NCBI GenBank assembly: GCA_963666205.1 | Contig: OY762654.1 | Coordinates: forward strand, 32,001-96,000 | Source: Synergistales bacterium | Lineage (GTDB): Bacteria > Synergistota > Synergistia > Synergistales > JAFGMB01 | Direction: 5' to 3' | DNA length: 64,000 bases | Part shown: one piece after another, positions 1 through 10,626 of the stretch | Layout: the number at the start of each line of letters is the position of its first letter | How positions within the stretch are numbered: the first letter of the stretch is position 1 | Translations under genes and position numbers: made by a program | Notes under the pieces: generated by a model | Databases searched by the model: none | What the model was told of the DNA's origin: nothing | What the model saw: the letters and a program-made list of their open reading frames with translations, nothing else

Positions 1-1
1 A

Positions 2-1762
2 GACAAACCTGAAGCGACTTTAAGGGAGCTTTCATCCCTTGCTGAACGAACAGATATCAGTTCTCTGGCTGAAAAGATGCGGAAACTTGAGCGCAGACTC
101 GTGGAGATCCGATCTGAATTATCCCAGATTGAATCTCTTAGGACCATGCTATCCAACCTTAGCGGTTTTCCCTATCCTCTGGAGCTCCTTTCAAGAGGTA
201 CTGACACAACCAAGGGATTTCTAGGCACTATCCCGATCGATCAAGTTGAAAACTGGAAAGTTGCTATTGAAACAGAACTTGGAGAAAACGCTGAGGTCTA
301 TGTTGGTGGTTATGGAGAAAAAGATAAAGAAGCCTGGGTATCTCTCTTCTATCTAAGAGAATTAGAGTCTCAGGCTTTTGACATAAGTTCCAAACATAAT
401 CTTTCCAAAATTGATGTACCTCTGGATCTAATAGATTCGGTTCATAGAGAAACATCAAAACTCGATAGTCAGACTGTAAAGCTTTTAAAGGAAGAAAAGG
501 TCCTACATTCGCGGGCGCGGGCGGCTGCCCAGAAATATGTATCCAATACTCGTTCCCTAAGTGATTACTGGAGCATTCTCAGATCAAGAACTGAAGTTCT
601 AGATTCCGGGGAGTATACAGAACAGATAGTTCTGCTTAGAGCCTGGGTGCCTAGCGATTCAGTAGAGATGATGAAAAAAGAGCTTTTGCAATATGAAGAA
701 CTCGTTGAAATAGTTCTTTCAGAACCGACAGAAATGGATGAGCCTCCCTGTCTTCTGGAAAATCCAAAATGGGCTATGCCATTTGAAACCTTGACTAAAC
801 TTTATGGATCCCCTAAATATGGTGCTATTGATCCTACACCGTTGCTGGCCCCATTCTTCTTCATCTTCTTTGGAATGTGTCTTGGAGATGGAGGATATGG
901 TTTGATAATGTTGGGTTTCTTTGCGTTCTTTCTCAGGAAATTCAAAAAGATGCCATCTGGAACCAGGCAGTTCTTTACACTTTTCGTCCTTTCAGGTTCT
1001 GCTGCTATCATTGTAGGAGCGTTGACTGGAAGCTGGTTTGGTGACATGATCGATGCCTTCCCTTTCCTGAATTTCCTGAAGGCCATTAAGGATGTGCCAA
1101 TTGTCCTGAATCCAATGAATGATCCAATGACATTCCTTGCTATTTCCCTGGCTTTCGGAGTTGTCCAGATCTTATTTGGCCTCCTTGTTGCCTTTTATGA
1201 TTGTCTTAGAAGGAAGGACTATATTGGAGCAATAGGAGATCAGGGTGGATGGCTTCTCCTGCTGGTTGGTCTTCTCCTTATTGGAGGTACTGTAAGTGGA
1301 AGACTTCCTTCCAGTGTTTCTCTTTTGGGTAAAGTGCTCTCCGCTGCCGGTGCTATCATTCTGGTTGCTACGCAGGGCAGAGAAAAAGAAGGGATTGTCC
1401 AGAAGGCAATTTCCGGTGTGTTAAGTCTCTACAACATTACTGCCTATCTTGGTGATGTTTTGAGTTACAGCAGGCTCCTGGCTTTAGGTCTTGCTACATC
1501 AGCTATCGCAATGATCATCAATATGCTTTCAACCCTTGCAGGAGGGATCCCCTATGTCGGATGGGTTATAGGGATCGTTCTATGTTTAGGAGGACACCTG
1601 TTCAGCGTTGCTGTAAATGTATTAGGTGCCTTTGTTCACTCTTTAAGACTTCAGTATGTCGAATTCTTCAGCAAATTCTACACGGGTGGAGGAAAGTTAT
1701 TTGCACCTCTGAATTACAGCACGAGTTTCATTAATATTTCAGAAACATCAAAAGACTCTTAA
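2..1762 (+). CDS. ntpI: V/A-type ATP synthase subunit I (a), 5'-truncated by window edge
   Basis: Frame open from base 2. Motifs YGSPKYGAIDPTP, GDVLSYSRLLALGLA (essential Arg), HSLRLQYVEFFSKFY; multi-TM C-terminal half. Confidence 0.96.
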   Translation, partial: DKPEATLRELSSLAERTDISSLAEKMRKLERRLVEIRSELSQIESLRTMLSNLSGFPYPLELLSRGTDTTKGFLGTIPIDQVENWKVAIETELGENAEVYVGGYGEKDKEAWVSLFYLRELESQAFDISSKHNLSKIDVPLDLIDSVHRETSKLDSQTVKLLKEEKVLHSRARAAAQKYVSNTRSLSDYWSILRSRTEVLDSGEYTEQIVLLRAWVPSDSVEMMKKELLQYEELVEIVLSEPTEMDEPPCLLENPKWAMPFETLTKLYGSPKYGAIDPTPLLAPFFFIFFGMCLGDGGYGLIMLGFFAFFLRKFKKMPSGTRQFFTLFVLSGSAAIIVGALTGSWFGDMIDAFPFLNFLKAIKDVPIVLNPMNDPMTFLAISLAFGVVQILFGLLVAFYDCLRRKDYIGAIGDQGGWLLLLVGLLLIGGTVSGRLPSSVSLLGKVLSAAGAIILVATQGREKEGIVQKAISGVLSLYNITAYLGDVLSYSRLLALGLATSAIAMIINMLSTLAGGIPYVGWVIGIVLCLGGHLFSVAVNVLGAFVHSLRLQYVEFFSKFYTGGGKLFAPLNYSTSFINISETSKDS

Positions 1763-2293
<531 letters not shown>

Positions 2294-2312
2294 CCTTTAA
2301 GGGGTGAATCTA

Positions 2313-2894
2313 ATGTCTTTAGCGGATATCAAAAACAAGATTGCAACTGACGCGAAACAAGAATCTGAATTGATAATTCAGAAAGCTCAGGAGCAGATAG
2401 ATGAAATACGAACCAAAAGCGATGCAGAAATCTTATCGCTTGAGGAATCCTATCATGGCAGATTCAAAAAAGAAGAACCCGAAATCCTTAACAGGAGGGA
2501 GATCGTCGCTAAACTGGATGTTAAAAAGTTAGAACTTGATGCCAAACAGCAGCTGATAACAATGGCTTTTAACGAGGCAGTCAAGGCTCTATCAAATCTT
2601 CCAAAGGATAAATACCTTGGTTTCATTAAGGTCCTTCTTGAAGAATCTGTTGAAACTGGTAAGGAAATTGTGTTTCTTTCTGAAAAAGAGAAAAACTTTA
2701 CCAAAGCCTGGTTGGATGCATATAACGAAGAACATAAAACCAGTCTGACCATTTCAAAGGAAAAAGTCTCAATCTCTGGAGGATTTATTCTTCAGAACGA
2801 GGATATCGATACGAATTGTTCTTTCGATATGCTGGTCAGCTGGAATCGTGAAGATCTCGAGGCAGACGTTGTTAAACGGCTGTTCTCTGCGTAG
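2313..2894 (+). CDS. ntpE: V/A-type ATP synthase subunit E
   Basis: N-terminal charged coiled coil, ISGGFIL motif, operon position. RBS AAGGGGTG precedes ATG 2313. Confidence 0.9.
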   Translation: MSLADIKNKIATDAKQESELIIQKAQEQIDEIRTKSDAEILSLEESYHGRFKKEEPEILNRREIVAKLDVKKLELDAKQQLITMAFNEAVKALSNLPKDKYLGFIKVLLEESVETGKEIVFLSEKEKNFTKAWLDAYNEEHKTSLTISKEKVSISGGFILQNEDIDTNCSFDMLVSWNREDLEADVVKRLFSA

Positions 2895-2909
2895 TTGGGA
2901 GGTGGCAGC

Positions 2910-3920
2910 ATGGTCCCGGCAGAGCGTTATGGATATACTGTAGCACGCCTGCGGGCGATGGAGAACAGGATCCTAGATGATAGCGTGCTGCAGAGGTTGG
3001 TTGAAAGTGACGATCTTGAAAGTGCTATGAAGATCCTTGGAGAAACTCCCTATTCTTCCTGGCTGGTTGAACTTAAGTCGAACTCGGAATTTGACAAGGC
3101 CATTGAACTGGAACTGGGGTTTGTTTATTCAGAGATAGCAAAGTTTGTCCCTGATACTAGGCTTGTTGACATCTGCAGAATTCCTTACGATTTCCACAAC
3201 GTTAAAGTCTTGCTCAAAAGCCATATCCTTCAGCGAGATGGAGGAGACAGGCGTTTTGATCTCCTTACTACATTAGGCAAGATCCCAACAGATGATCTTA
3301 TCCTGGCCATCGAAAGCGAAGACTATCGTTTGTTGCCTTTTGGATTACACTCTGCTTTTCCAAGAAGCCTTGCCATGTGGGAACAGTCCCACGACATCCT
3401 TGAGGTTGAGAAATCTCTCGATAGCCTTCTCTTCGGGGAAATGAGAAAGCTCGCCAGAGAAATCAATGTAGATGCGGTCGATAAATGGTTGAAAGGCAGG
3501 ATTGATGCCGAAAACCTGAGAAATATCCTGCGTCTTAAGAGGATGGAAGTAGATCCTGCCGTAATAGCGTCATTCCTTCATGATGGTGGTTGGGTCTCTA
3601 TTGAAAGGCTTGTGTCTTTGCTTGGAGAACCAATTGAAGGCTGGGGAAGGGTGCTTTCCTTTGCTGATATCGGAGGGGTTCTTCTGCATGCACAGGAAAG
3701 TCTAGATCTCAGTTCTCTGATCGTAGAAATGGAAAAAGTCCTTGATGAATACACTACCGGGATTCTTTACAAGGCTAAATATGGTGCATTTTCTCCTGAA
3801 AATGTTCTTTATTATATATGGTCGAAGGAAATGGAATCCAAAAACCTGAGGATGATCCTTGTGGCTATAGCCAATGATACGGACAGAGACATGGTAAGGG
3901 GGTTGATGCGCCGTGCCTAA
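2910..3920 (+). CDS. ntpC: V/A-type ATP synthase subunit C
   Basis: YTVARLRAME, YDFHNVKVLLK, IDAENL, KEMESKNLRMI. RBS GGAGGTGG precedes ATG 2910. Confidence 0.92.
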   Translation: MVPAERYGYTVARLRAMENRILDDSVLQRLVESDDLESAMKILGETPYSSWLVELKSNSEFDKAIELELGFVYSEIAKFVPDTRLVDICRIPYDFHNVKVLLKSHILQRDGGDRRFDLLTTLGKIPTDDLILAIESEDYRLLPFGLHSAFPRSLAMWEQSHDILEVEKSLDSLLFGEMRKLAREINVDAVDKWLKGRIDAENLRNILRLKRMEVDPAVIASFLHDGGWVSIERLVSLLGEPIEGWGRVLSFADIGGVLLHAQESLDLSSLIVEMEKVLDEYTTGILYKAKYGAFSPENVLYYIWSKEMESKNLRMILVAIANDTDRDMVRGLMRRA

Positions 3921-4254
3921 AAGTGAAGCGTACCAGCCAATGGCAGCAATAGGAGAATATGAAACTGTTTTGCCATTTCAGGCGGTAGGCGTAAGGCCTT
4001 TCATTGTGGATGAGGAAAGCTTATCAGGTTTTCCAGAGCTTCTTCTTAACCTCACAAAACAAAATTACGCAGTTATATTTATCCAGGAAAAACTTTTTAT
4101 TGAATTTTCCACTCATGTTAATGAGATTAATGAGAAGTATTCCGTAAGCGTTATCCCCATCCCTGGACTCAAAGGTTCTATGGGTACGGGGTTGGAATCC
4201 ATCAAGACCAGTGTAGAGCGTGCTGTCGGTATGGATATCTTTTCGGTGAACTAG
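3913..4254 (+). CDS. V/A-type ATP synthase subunit F
   Basis: AAIGEYETVLPFQAVG, IPIPG, SVERAVGMDI; lies between subunits C and A. Confidence 0.9.
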   Translation: MPKSEAYQPMAAIGEYETVLPFQAVGVRPFIVDEESLSGFPELLLNLTKQNYAVIFIQEKLFIEFSTHVNEINEKYSVSVIPIPGLKGSMGTGLESIKTSVERAVGMDIFSVN

Positions 4255-4280
4255 AAATTTGAGGCTGGAGGCGATAGATT

Positions 4281-6074
4281 GTGGCCACGGGAAAAGTTAT
4301 AAAAGGATATATTGAAAGAATATCCGGACCGCTGGTTGTCGCAAAGGGAATGCTGGGTGCCAGTATGTATGATGTTGTTCGCATAGGCGAACTGGGTCTG
4401 GTCGGTGAAATCATCGAACTGAAAGAAGATGCAGCATCGATCCAGGCCTATGAAGAAACTTCTGGCCTCATGCCAGGAGAAGTAGTCATAAGTACTGGTG
4501 CTCCCCTGAGTGTAGAACTTGGTCCGGGTTTGATAGAACATTTCTATGATGGTATTCAGCGTCCATTGAACCTTATAGAAGAAGAAGCGAAGAGCCCTTT
4601 CATTTCAAGGGGTATTAATGTCCCTGCTATTGACAGAGAAAAGAAATGGACCTTCGAATCCAAAGTAAAACCAGGCGATAAGGTAGTACCGGGTGATGTC
4701 ATTGGTACCGTACAGGAAACGGTTCTGGTTCAACATATGATCATGGTACCCATTGGAGTAGAAGGAACAGTCAAGGAGATCAAATCTGGAGACTTTACTG
4801 TTGAAGAAACGATCGCTATCGTCGATGACGGAAAAAATAAACACGATATCAGGATGCTTCAGAAATGGCCAGTCAGAAAAGCCAGACCGGTTGCCAGGCG
4901 CTTGCCACCTGTAACTCCTCTTACAACCGGACAGCGGGTTGTTGATGCCTTTTTCCCAATAGCTATGGGTGGTACAGCCTGTGTCCCTGGCCCTTTTGGG
5001 TCCGGTAAGACGGTTATCCAGCACCAGCTTGCAAAATGGGCTCAGGCTGAAATAGTTGTCTATGTAGGTTGTGGTGAACGGGGTAACGAAATGACCGACG
5101 TTCTCATTGAATTCCCTGAACTCGAGGACCCAAGATCGGGACAGCCACTTATGAAAAGAACAGTTCTTATAGCAAACACTTCGAATATGCCGGTTGCTGC
5201 CCGTGAAGCAAGTATATATACCGCCATAACTATGGCTGAATATTACCGTGATATGGGATATTCTGTCGCATTGATGGCAGACTCGACAAGCCGTTGGGCT
5301 GAAGCTCTGCGTGAAATGTCAGGACGTCTTGAGGAAATGCCCGGAGAAGAAGGCTATCCGGCATATCTTGGCACCCGCCTTGCTTCTTTCTACGAAAGGG
5401 CTGGTCGATCTATCTGTCTTGGATCTGAACAGCGAGAGGGATCTGTGTCGGCCATCGGAGCTGTTTCTCCTCCTGGTGGAGACCTTTCTGAGCCAGTAAC
5501 CCAGAACACCCTCCGAGTTACCAAAGTCTTCTGGGGACTTGATGCCAACCTTGCCTATCAGAGACATTTCCCAGCCATAAACTGGCTTAACAGTTATTCA
5601 CTTTACACAGAAAAACTTGATGAATATTGGGATGAAAAATTCGATGACGAATGGAGTAATCTCAGAATAACTGCTATGACCCTTCTTGAAGAAGAAGATA
5701 AGCTCAAGGAGATAGTTCGCCTTGTCGGAATAGATGCACTTTCCAAGGATGAACGAATGGTAATGGAAACAGCCAAGTCTCTGAGAGAAGATTTTCTTCA
5801 TCAGAATGCTTTCCATGAGATAGATACATATGCCTCAATGGAAAAACAGTTCAAGATGCTTCGAATTATCATCAGGTTCCATGAGCTAGGTATGGATGCT
5901 CTTAATAGAGGAGCATCCATGAACGAAGTGTTTAATCTTACTGTCAGGGAAAAAATCGCAAGGATGCGTTATTCTGATGAGAAAGATATTGACCAGATTG
6001 ATCTTATTGAGGACGAGATCAAATCTGAAATCGGCAGTACAATGCCAGTAGGGGGCGATATAGATGTTGCCTAA
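4281..6074 (+). CDS. ntpA: V/A-type ATP synthase catalytic subunit A
   Basis: P-loop [43 protein letters not shown]. Confidence 0.98.
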   Translation: MATGKVIKGYIERISGPLVVAKGMLGASMYDVVRIGELGLVGEIIELKEDAASIQAYEETSGLMPGEVVISTGAPLSVELGPGLIEHFYDGIQRPLNLIEEEAKSPFISRGINVPAIDREKKWTFESKVKPGDKVVPGDVIGTVQETVLVQHMIMVPIGVEGTVKEIKSGDFTVEETIAIVDDGKNKHDIRMLQKWPVRKARPVARRLPPVTPLTTGQRVVDAFFPIAMGGTACVPGPFGSGKTVIQHQLAKWAQAEIVVYVGCGERGNEMTDVLIEFPELEDPRSGQPLMKRTVLIANTSNMPVAAREASIYTAITMAEYYRDMGYSVALMADSTSRWAEALREMSGRLEEMPGEEGYPAYLGTRLASFYERAGRSICLGSEQREGSVSAIGAVSPPGGDLSEPVTQNTLRVTKVFWGLDANLAYQRHFPAINWLNSYSLYTEKLDEYWDEKFDDEWSNLRITAMTLLEEEDKLKEIVRLVGIDALSKDERMVMETAKSLREDFLHQNAFHEIDTYASMEKQFKMLRIIIRFHELGMDALNRGASMNEVFNLTVREKIARMRYSDEKDIDQIDLIEDEIKSEIGSTMPVGGDIDVA

Positions 6075-7482
6075 AGAGTATCGAACAATATCTGATCTTT
6101 CGGGCCCGCTCCTGGTAGTTCAAAAGACCAAGGCAGTCCGTTATGATGAGCTGGTTGAAATAGAACTTGCCAATGGAGAAAATCGAAGAGGCAGGGTCCT
6201 TGAAATTTCTTCAGACCAGGCTCTAGTTCAGGTGTTTGAGGGAACCGACAGCATCGACATTCAGAATACCAAGATTCGGTTCCTTGGAAAAGTACTGGAA
6301 CTGCCTGTCAGCAGAGACATGCTCGGAAGAGTTTTCAATGGCAGAGGTGCACCTATGGACGGCGGTTCTCCTGTTATTTCCGAAAAAAAGGTTGACATCA
6401 ACGGCATTCCGATGAATCCTTACTCCAGAGATTTTCCTTCCGAATTTGTCCAGACTGGAATATCAACTATTGATGGAATGAATCCCATGGTTCGTGGCCA
6501 GAAGCTCCCCATCTTTTCAGGTAGTGGACTTCCTCATAACAGAATGGCTGCCCAGATTGCAAGACAGGCTTCTGTTATCAGCGGACACGAAGACTTTGCA
6601 GTAGTTTTCGCAGCTATGGGTATCACCTTTGAAGAAGCGTTTTTCTTCATGGAAGATTTCAGAAAAACCGGTGCTATTCAGCGTACGGTAATGTTCGTCA
6701 ATCTTGCAGATGATCCTGCAATTGAACGTATTACAACTCCCCGATTAGCCCTGACCGCTGCTGAATATCTGGCATTTGAGCAGGATATGCATGTTGTTGT
6801 GATATTGACAGACCTCACAAATTACTGTGAAGCTCTTCGAGAAATATCAGCTGCGCGTAAAGAGGTTCCCGGGCGTCGTGGTTATCCTGGGTATCTCTAC
6901 ACTGACCTTGCTACGATGTACGAAAGAGCCGGGAGGCTCAAAGGCAGGAAGGGTTCTATTACCCAGATACCAATCCTTACAATGCCTGAAGATGACAAGA
7001 CCCATCCTATCCCCGACCTTACTGGATACATCACCGAAGGGCAGATAATTCTTAACAGGGCACTGCACAGAAAAGGTATCTATCCGCCTGTCGATGTAAT
7101 GCCATCCCTTTCCAGGTTAAAGGATAAGGGTATAGGCAAGGAGAAGACCAGAGAAGATCATGCAGACCTTATGAACCAGCTCTTTGCCGCTTATGCACGA
7201 GGCAAAGAAGCCAAGGAGCTTGCTGTTATACTGGGTGAAGGTGCTCTAACAGAAGAGGATAAGGCTTTTGCTAAATTTACAGATGAATTTGAGGACTCCT
7301 ATGTACGTCAGGGTGAATATGAAAACCGCACGATTCAAGAGACCCTTGAACTCGGATGGAATCTTCTTACCATGATACCTGTTAAGGAGCTCAAGAGGAT
7401 AAGGGATGCTTATCTCGAGAAGTATCTTATGCCTAGGCTGACAAAAGAGGAGACAACCGAAGAAGCAGCGGTTTCTGAATAG
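6064..7482 (+). CDS. ntpB: V/A-type ATP synthase subunit B
   Basis: [45 protein letters not shown]. Confidence 0.98.
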   Translation: MLPKEYRTISDLSGPLLVVQKTKAVRYDELVEIELANGENRRGRVLEISSDQALVQVFEGTDSIDIQNTKIRFLGKVLELPVSRDMLGRVFNGRGAPMDGGSPVISEKKVDINGIPMNPYSRDFPSEFVQTGISTIDGMNPMVRGQKLPIFSGSGLPHNRMAAQIARQASVISGHEDFAVVFAAMGITFEEAFFFMEDFRKTGAIQRTVMFVNLADDPAIERITTPRLALTAAEYLAFEQDMHVVVILTDLTNYCEALREISAARKEVPGRRGYPGYLYTDLATMYERAGRLKGRKGSITQIPILTMPEDDKTHPIPDLTGYITEGQIILNRALHRKGIYPPVDVMPSLSRLKDKGIGKEKTREDHADLMNQLFAAYARGKEAKELAVILGEGALTEEDKAFAKFTDEFEDSYVRQGEYENRTIQETLELGWNLLTMIPVKELKRIRDAYLEKYLMPRLTKEETTEEAAVSE

Positions 7483-7493
7483 GGGCGAATGAG

Positions 7494-8117
7494 ATGGCAA
7501 AACTAAATGTCAACCCCAACAGAATGGAGTTATCAAGGCTAAAAAAACGTCTTGTAACGGCCAAAAGGGGACATAAACTGCTCAAGGATAAACAGGATGC
7601 ATTGATAAAGGCTTTTCTTGAGCGTGCCCGTGAGGCCAGGACTCTTAGGGAAGACCTTGAAAAGGAGCTTATGAATTGTTACAAAAGTTTTCTTCTTGCA
7701 AGAGCTCAGACACTTCCTGCCATGCTTGAACAGGCTCTGATGATACCTGGAACAACATGTAATCTTCATGTAAGCACCAAAAATGTTATGAGTGTAATTG
7801 TTCCAGAGTATCAGTTTGAACAAGAGGGTAGTGCTCTTAACTATGGTCTTGCGAGTTCTTTGGGCAGCCTGGACGTTGCCCTTGAAAGCTTTACTAAACT
7901 TATGCCGAAGCTGATCACACTAGCTGCAAAGGAAAAGGCTATTAAGCTCATGGCCACAGAGATAGAAAAAACCCGTAGAAGGGTTAACGCTCTGGAACAT
8001 GTAATGATACCCAATTTTATTGAAACCATCAAATACATTACTATGAAGCTTGATGAACAGGAAAGGTCAACCCTTAGCAGGTTAATGAAAATCAAAGAGA
8101 TAGTAAGATCACATTAA
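7494..8117 (+). CDS. ntpD: V/A-type ATP synthase subunit D
   Basis: NPNRMEL, RGHKLLKDK, EIEKTRRRVNALE. Confidence 0.96.
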   Translation: MAKLNVNPNRMELSRLKKRLVTAKRGHKLLKDKQDALIKAFLERAREARTLREDLEKELMNCYKSFLLARAQTLPAMLEQALMIPGTTCNLHVSTKNVMSVIVPEYQFEQEGSALNYGLASSLGSLDVALESFTKLMPKLITLAAKEKAIKLMATEIEKTRRRVNALEHVMIPNFIETIKYITMKLDEQERSTLSRLMKIKEIVRSH

Positions 8118-8139
8118 CTCCTTTTCATTATGTTGTTTT

Positions 8140-8180
8140 AACCGACCACAGGGTGATTCCCCTCTGGTCGGTTTTACTTT
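8140..8180 (+). terminator. Intrinsic terminator of the ATPase operon
   Basis: Stem AACCGACCA / TGGTCGGTT followed by a T-rich tract just after the ntpD stop. Confidence 0.75.
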
Positions 8181-8225
8181 TGACTTTTTACTATAATATT
8201 AAAACAGACAAAATGGTAAAATTAT

Positions 8226-8574
8226 TGTAGGAGCATTTAAAGTGACCGCTGCCTGTTAAGCAGGGGGAGGAAAGTCCGGGCTCCACAGGGCAGGACGCTG
8301 GGTAATACCCAGTTGGTGTGAACCAAAGGAAAGTGCCACAGAAATATACCGCCCCTCCTTTTAGAAGGAGGGGTAAGGGTGAAAAGGTGGGGCAAGAGCC
8401 CACCGGACACCAGGTGACTGGTGTGCCAGGTAAACCCCGTCCGGAGCAAGGCCGAATAGGGGAGGGAGAGGTGGCCCGCTGACTCCCGGGTACGGCCGCT
8501 CGAGGATATTCGCGAGGATATCCCTAGATAAATGGTCACAAAGTACAGAACCCGGCTTATTAAATGCTCCTACA
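8226..8574 (+). ncRNA. rnpB: RNase P RNA, bacterial type A
   Basis: Universal motifs GAGGAAAGTCCGGGCTCC, GGAAAGTGCCACAGAAA and ACAGAACCCGGCTTA; closing P1 helix TGTAGGAGCATTTAA / TTAAATGCTCCTACA. Confidence 0.97.
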
Positions 8575-8657
8575 TTTTATTTACATTAGGTATGCATATT
8601 TGTCAAAGTCTTATATATAGTCTTTAATTTTATGGTGTATTAAAATAATAAATCAAA

Positions 8658-8710
8658 AATGAGCCTTTAGGACTATCTTTTAGAAGAAAAGATAGTCCTA
8701 AAGGCTCATT
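8658..8710. repeat. Perfect 24-bp inverted repeat (hairpin) between rnpB and mraZ
   Basis: AATGAGCCTTTAGGACTATCTTTT-AGAAG-AAAAGATAGTCCTAAAGGCTCATT, read directly. Confidence 0.9.
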
Positions 8711-8733
8711 CATTTTTTAATAAGGGTGCTAGG

Positions 8734-8768
8734 GTGGGAGAAAGTGGGGAAAAATGTTATATAGTGGG
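8734..8768 (+). promoter_or_regulatory. Putative MraZ-binding direct repeats
   Basis: GTGGG at 8734, 8744 and 8764 (10-bp phasing) just upstream of mraZ, as for known MraZ operators. Confidence 0.7.
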
Positions 8769-8776
8769 GGAAAATT

Positions 8777-9202
8777 ATGCTGGTTGGTACTTACGACCAT
8801 AGACTGGATTCCAAAGGGAGACTTGTCCTTCCTGTCCGCTTCAGACAGGAGTTGGGAGCAGTTGTGGTCTGTACCATCGGAATAGATAGATGTATTTCTT
8901 TGTATGCAATCGAAAAATGGGAAAAGATGCTTGAAAAACTTCAGAAGTTGCCATTTTCGAAGGGGAAATCCAGAGATCTTATGAGGCTTATTCTTTCAAA
9001 CGCCAGTGAACTTCAGGTGGATTCAGCTGGAAGAATTCTTGTACCTGCGATTCTAAGGGAACATGCACATCTGGAAGCTGATATTTCACTATTAGGTGTA
9101 AGTGATCATCTGGAGTTATGGGACAGGAATCTGTGGCTTGAATACCGGAACAGGGTCATGGATGTCCTGCCAGAGATAGCAGAGGAAGTGGAAGGATTTT
9201 GA
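8777..9202 (+). CDS. mraZ: Division/cell wall cluster transcriptional repressor MraZ
   Basis: Two DxxGR motifs (DSKGR, DSAGR), HLELWD; first gene of the dcw cluster. Confidence 0.96.
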   Translation: MLVGTYDHRLDSKGRLVLPVRFRQELGAVVVCTIGIDRCISLYAIEKWEKMLEKLQKLPFSKGKSRDLMRLILSNASELQVDSAGRILVPAILREHAHLEADISLLGVSDHLELWDRNLWLEYRNRVMDVLPEIAEEVEGF

Positions 9203-10137
9203 TAGAACATTTGCCAGTATTGATAGAGAAGGTAATTTATTATCTAGAACTTCTATCCACTGTAGATACGGTGGTGGATTCAACTCTGGGTTTAGGAGGA
9301 TATTCAGAAACGATCCTCAATCATTTTGAGGGTTCGAGAGTACTTGGAATAGATCAGGATCTTCATGCTATTGATAAAGCAAAAGAAAGATTATCAGATT
9401 TTAAAGGAAGATTCATTCCTGTTCATGGGAATTTCAGGGATCTTCCCATTCTGACACAAGCGGTTAAAGATAGGATAAGTGCTGTTGTATTTGATTTGGG
9501 AGTTTCTAACCTCCAATTGACAGTAGCTGAACGGGGTTTTTCTTTTCAGAATGAAGGCCCTCTTGATATGAGGATGGATAATAGTTCCTCGAATGAAGAA
9601 CTCACTGCTTGGGATGTTATAAATACATACGATTCGGAAGAATTGACAAAGATCTTCAGAGAATATGGTGAAGATAGAAATGCATCAAGAATAGCCTCAG
9701 GTATTGTTAAATATCGACAGACTAAGGGGAGAATAGACACTACAACTGATCTTGTTACAGTAATTAGGTCAATTCTGCCTGCACCTTTACAGAGGAAGAT
9801 GGGAGGACATCCGGCGAGGAAAGTCTTTCAAGCATTAAGAATATATATCAATCAGGAAATATCCGCGATAGATCAAGGACTTGATGGGTCTGTACACTGT
9901 TGCGGATCAGGAGGAATGATCATCGTGATCAGTTATCATTCTCTTGAAGACAGGATAGTCAAACACAAATTCAAAGAATGGAAGAGCAATGGATGGGGAC
10001 ATATCCTTACAAAGAAACCAGTGGTCCCTGATGATGATGAAATATCTTCCAATTACAAGGCTCGAAGTGCCAAACTGAGGGTTTTCCAGAAAAAGGATAT
10101 AAGTCAGCAGGAGAACCAGGGGATATTCTTTGATTGA
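9199..10137 (+). CDS. rsmH: 16S rRNA m4C1402 methyltransferase
   Basis: DLGVS, RGFSF, PLDMRM, FQALRIYIN, ISYHSLEDRIVK, ARSAKLR. Confidence 0.96.
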   Translation: MIEHLPVLIEKVIYYLELLSTVDTVVDSTLGLGGYSETILNHFEGSRVLGIDQDLHAIDKAKERLSDFKGRFIPVHGNFRDLPILTQAVKDRISAVVFDLGVSNLQLTVAERGFSFQNEGPLDMRMDNSSSNEELTAWDVINTYDSEELTKIFREYGEDRNASRIASGIVKYRQTKGRIDTTTDLVTVIRSILPAPLQRKMGGHPARKVFQALRIYINQEISAIDQGLDGSVHCCGSGGMIIVISYHSLEDRIVKHKFKEWKSNGWGHILTKKPVVPDDDEISSNYKARSAKLRVFQKKDISQQENQGIFFD

Positions 10138-10152
10138 CAGGAGGTGGATGTA

Positions 10153-10575
10153 ATGTATGCCCAGTACACTGCAGTTACAAGTGATAATGTAAAACGTGGC
10201 AGTCTGATTTGCTCAACCCTTTTATTTTTTGTTATTATAGCCGGGATGTTGATTCTGGGGTTGGGAGCATTGCGTTTTTACAGTTTTCGGCTGGAATGTC
10301 AACTTGCACAGATCAATGATAGAATTACATATTACGAAAAGAATATTTCACGGTATGAGCAACACATGGCAACCTTGAAATCGCCTTCGCGTATTCACAC
10401 TTTTGCTTCTGTCAATCTGGGCATGCAGGGAACATCCAATATTGCTACAGTTACTGTTGCATCAGGTTCCAATGCCAACAAGAATAAACAATTTGACTTT
10501 GCTTTTATCGAACAAAACAACGGTCTTTTCAAACTCATGAATTTCTTCTCAACACGAGCCAACGCAAATGACTGA
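10153..10575 (+). CDS. Probable cell division protein FtsL-like (single TM plus coiled coil)
   Basis: Position between rsmH and the PBP gene; one TM, heptad segment ending LKSPSRI...ASVNLGM. RBS GGAGGTG precedes ATG 10153. Confidence 0.7.
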   Translation: MYAQYTAVTSDNVKRGSLICSTLLFFVIIAGMLILGLGALRFYSFRLECQLAQINDRITYYEKNISRYEQHMATLKSPSRIHTFASVNLGMQGTSNIATVTVASGSNANKNKQFDFAFIEQNNGLFKLMNFFSTRANAND

Positions 10576-10626
10576 TGATTGAATCTATTCAGATTTCTTC
10601 CAATTGAAAGGGGCATCAATTGATCA

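Noticed and set aside
8191-8539. Minus-strand ORFs of 70 and 100 aa
   Set aside because: They are the antisense of RNase P RNA.
9280-9306. RsmH SAM-binding motif reads GLGGYS rather than GxGGHS
   Set aside because: Single substitution with all other motifs intact; no basis to infer altered function.
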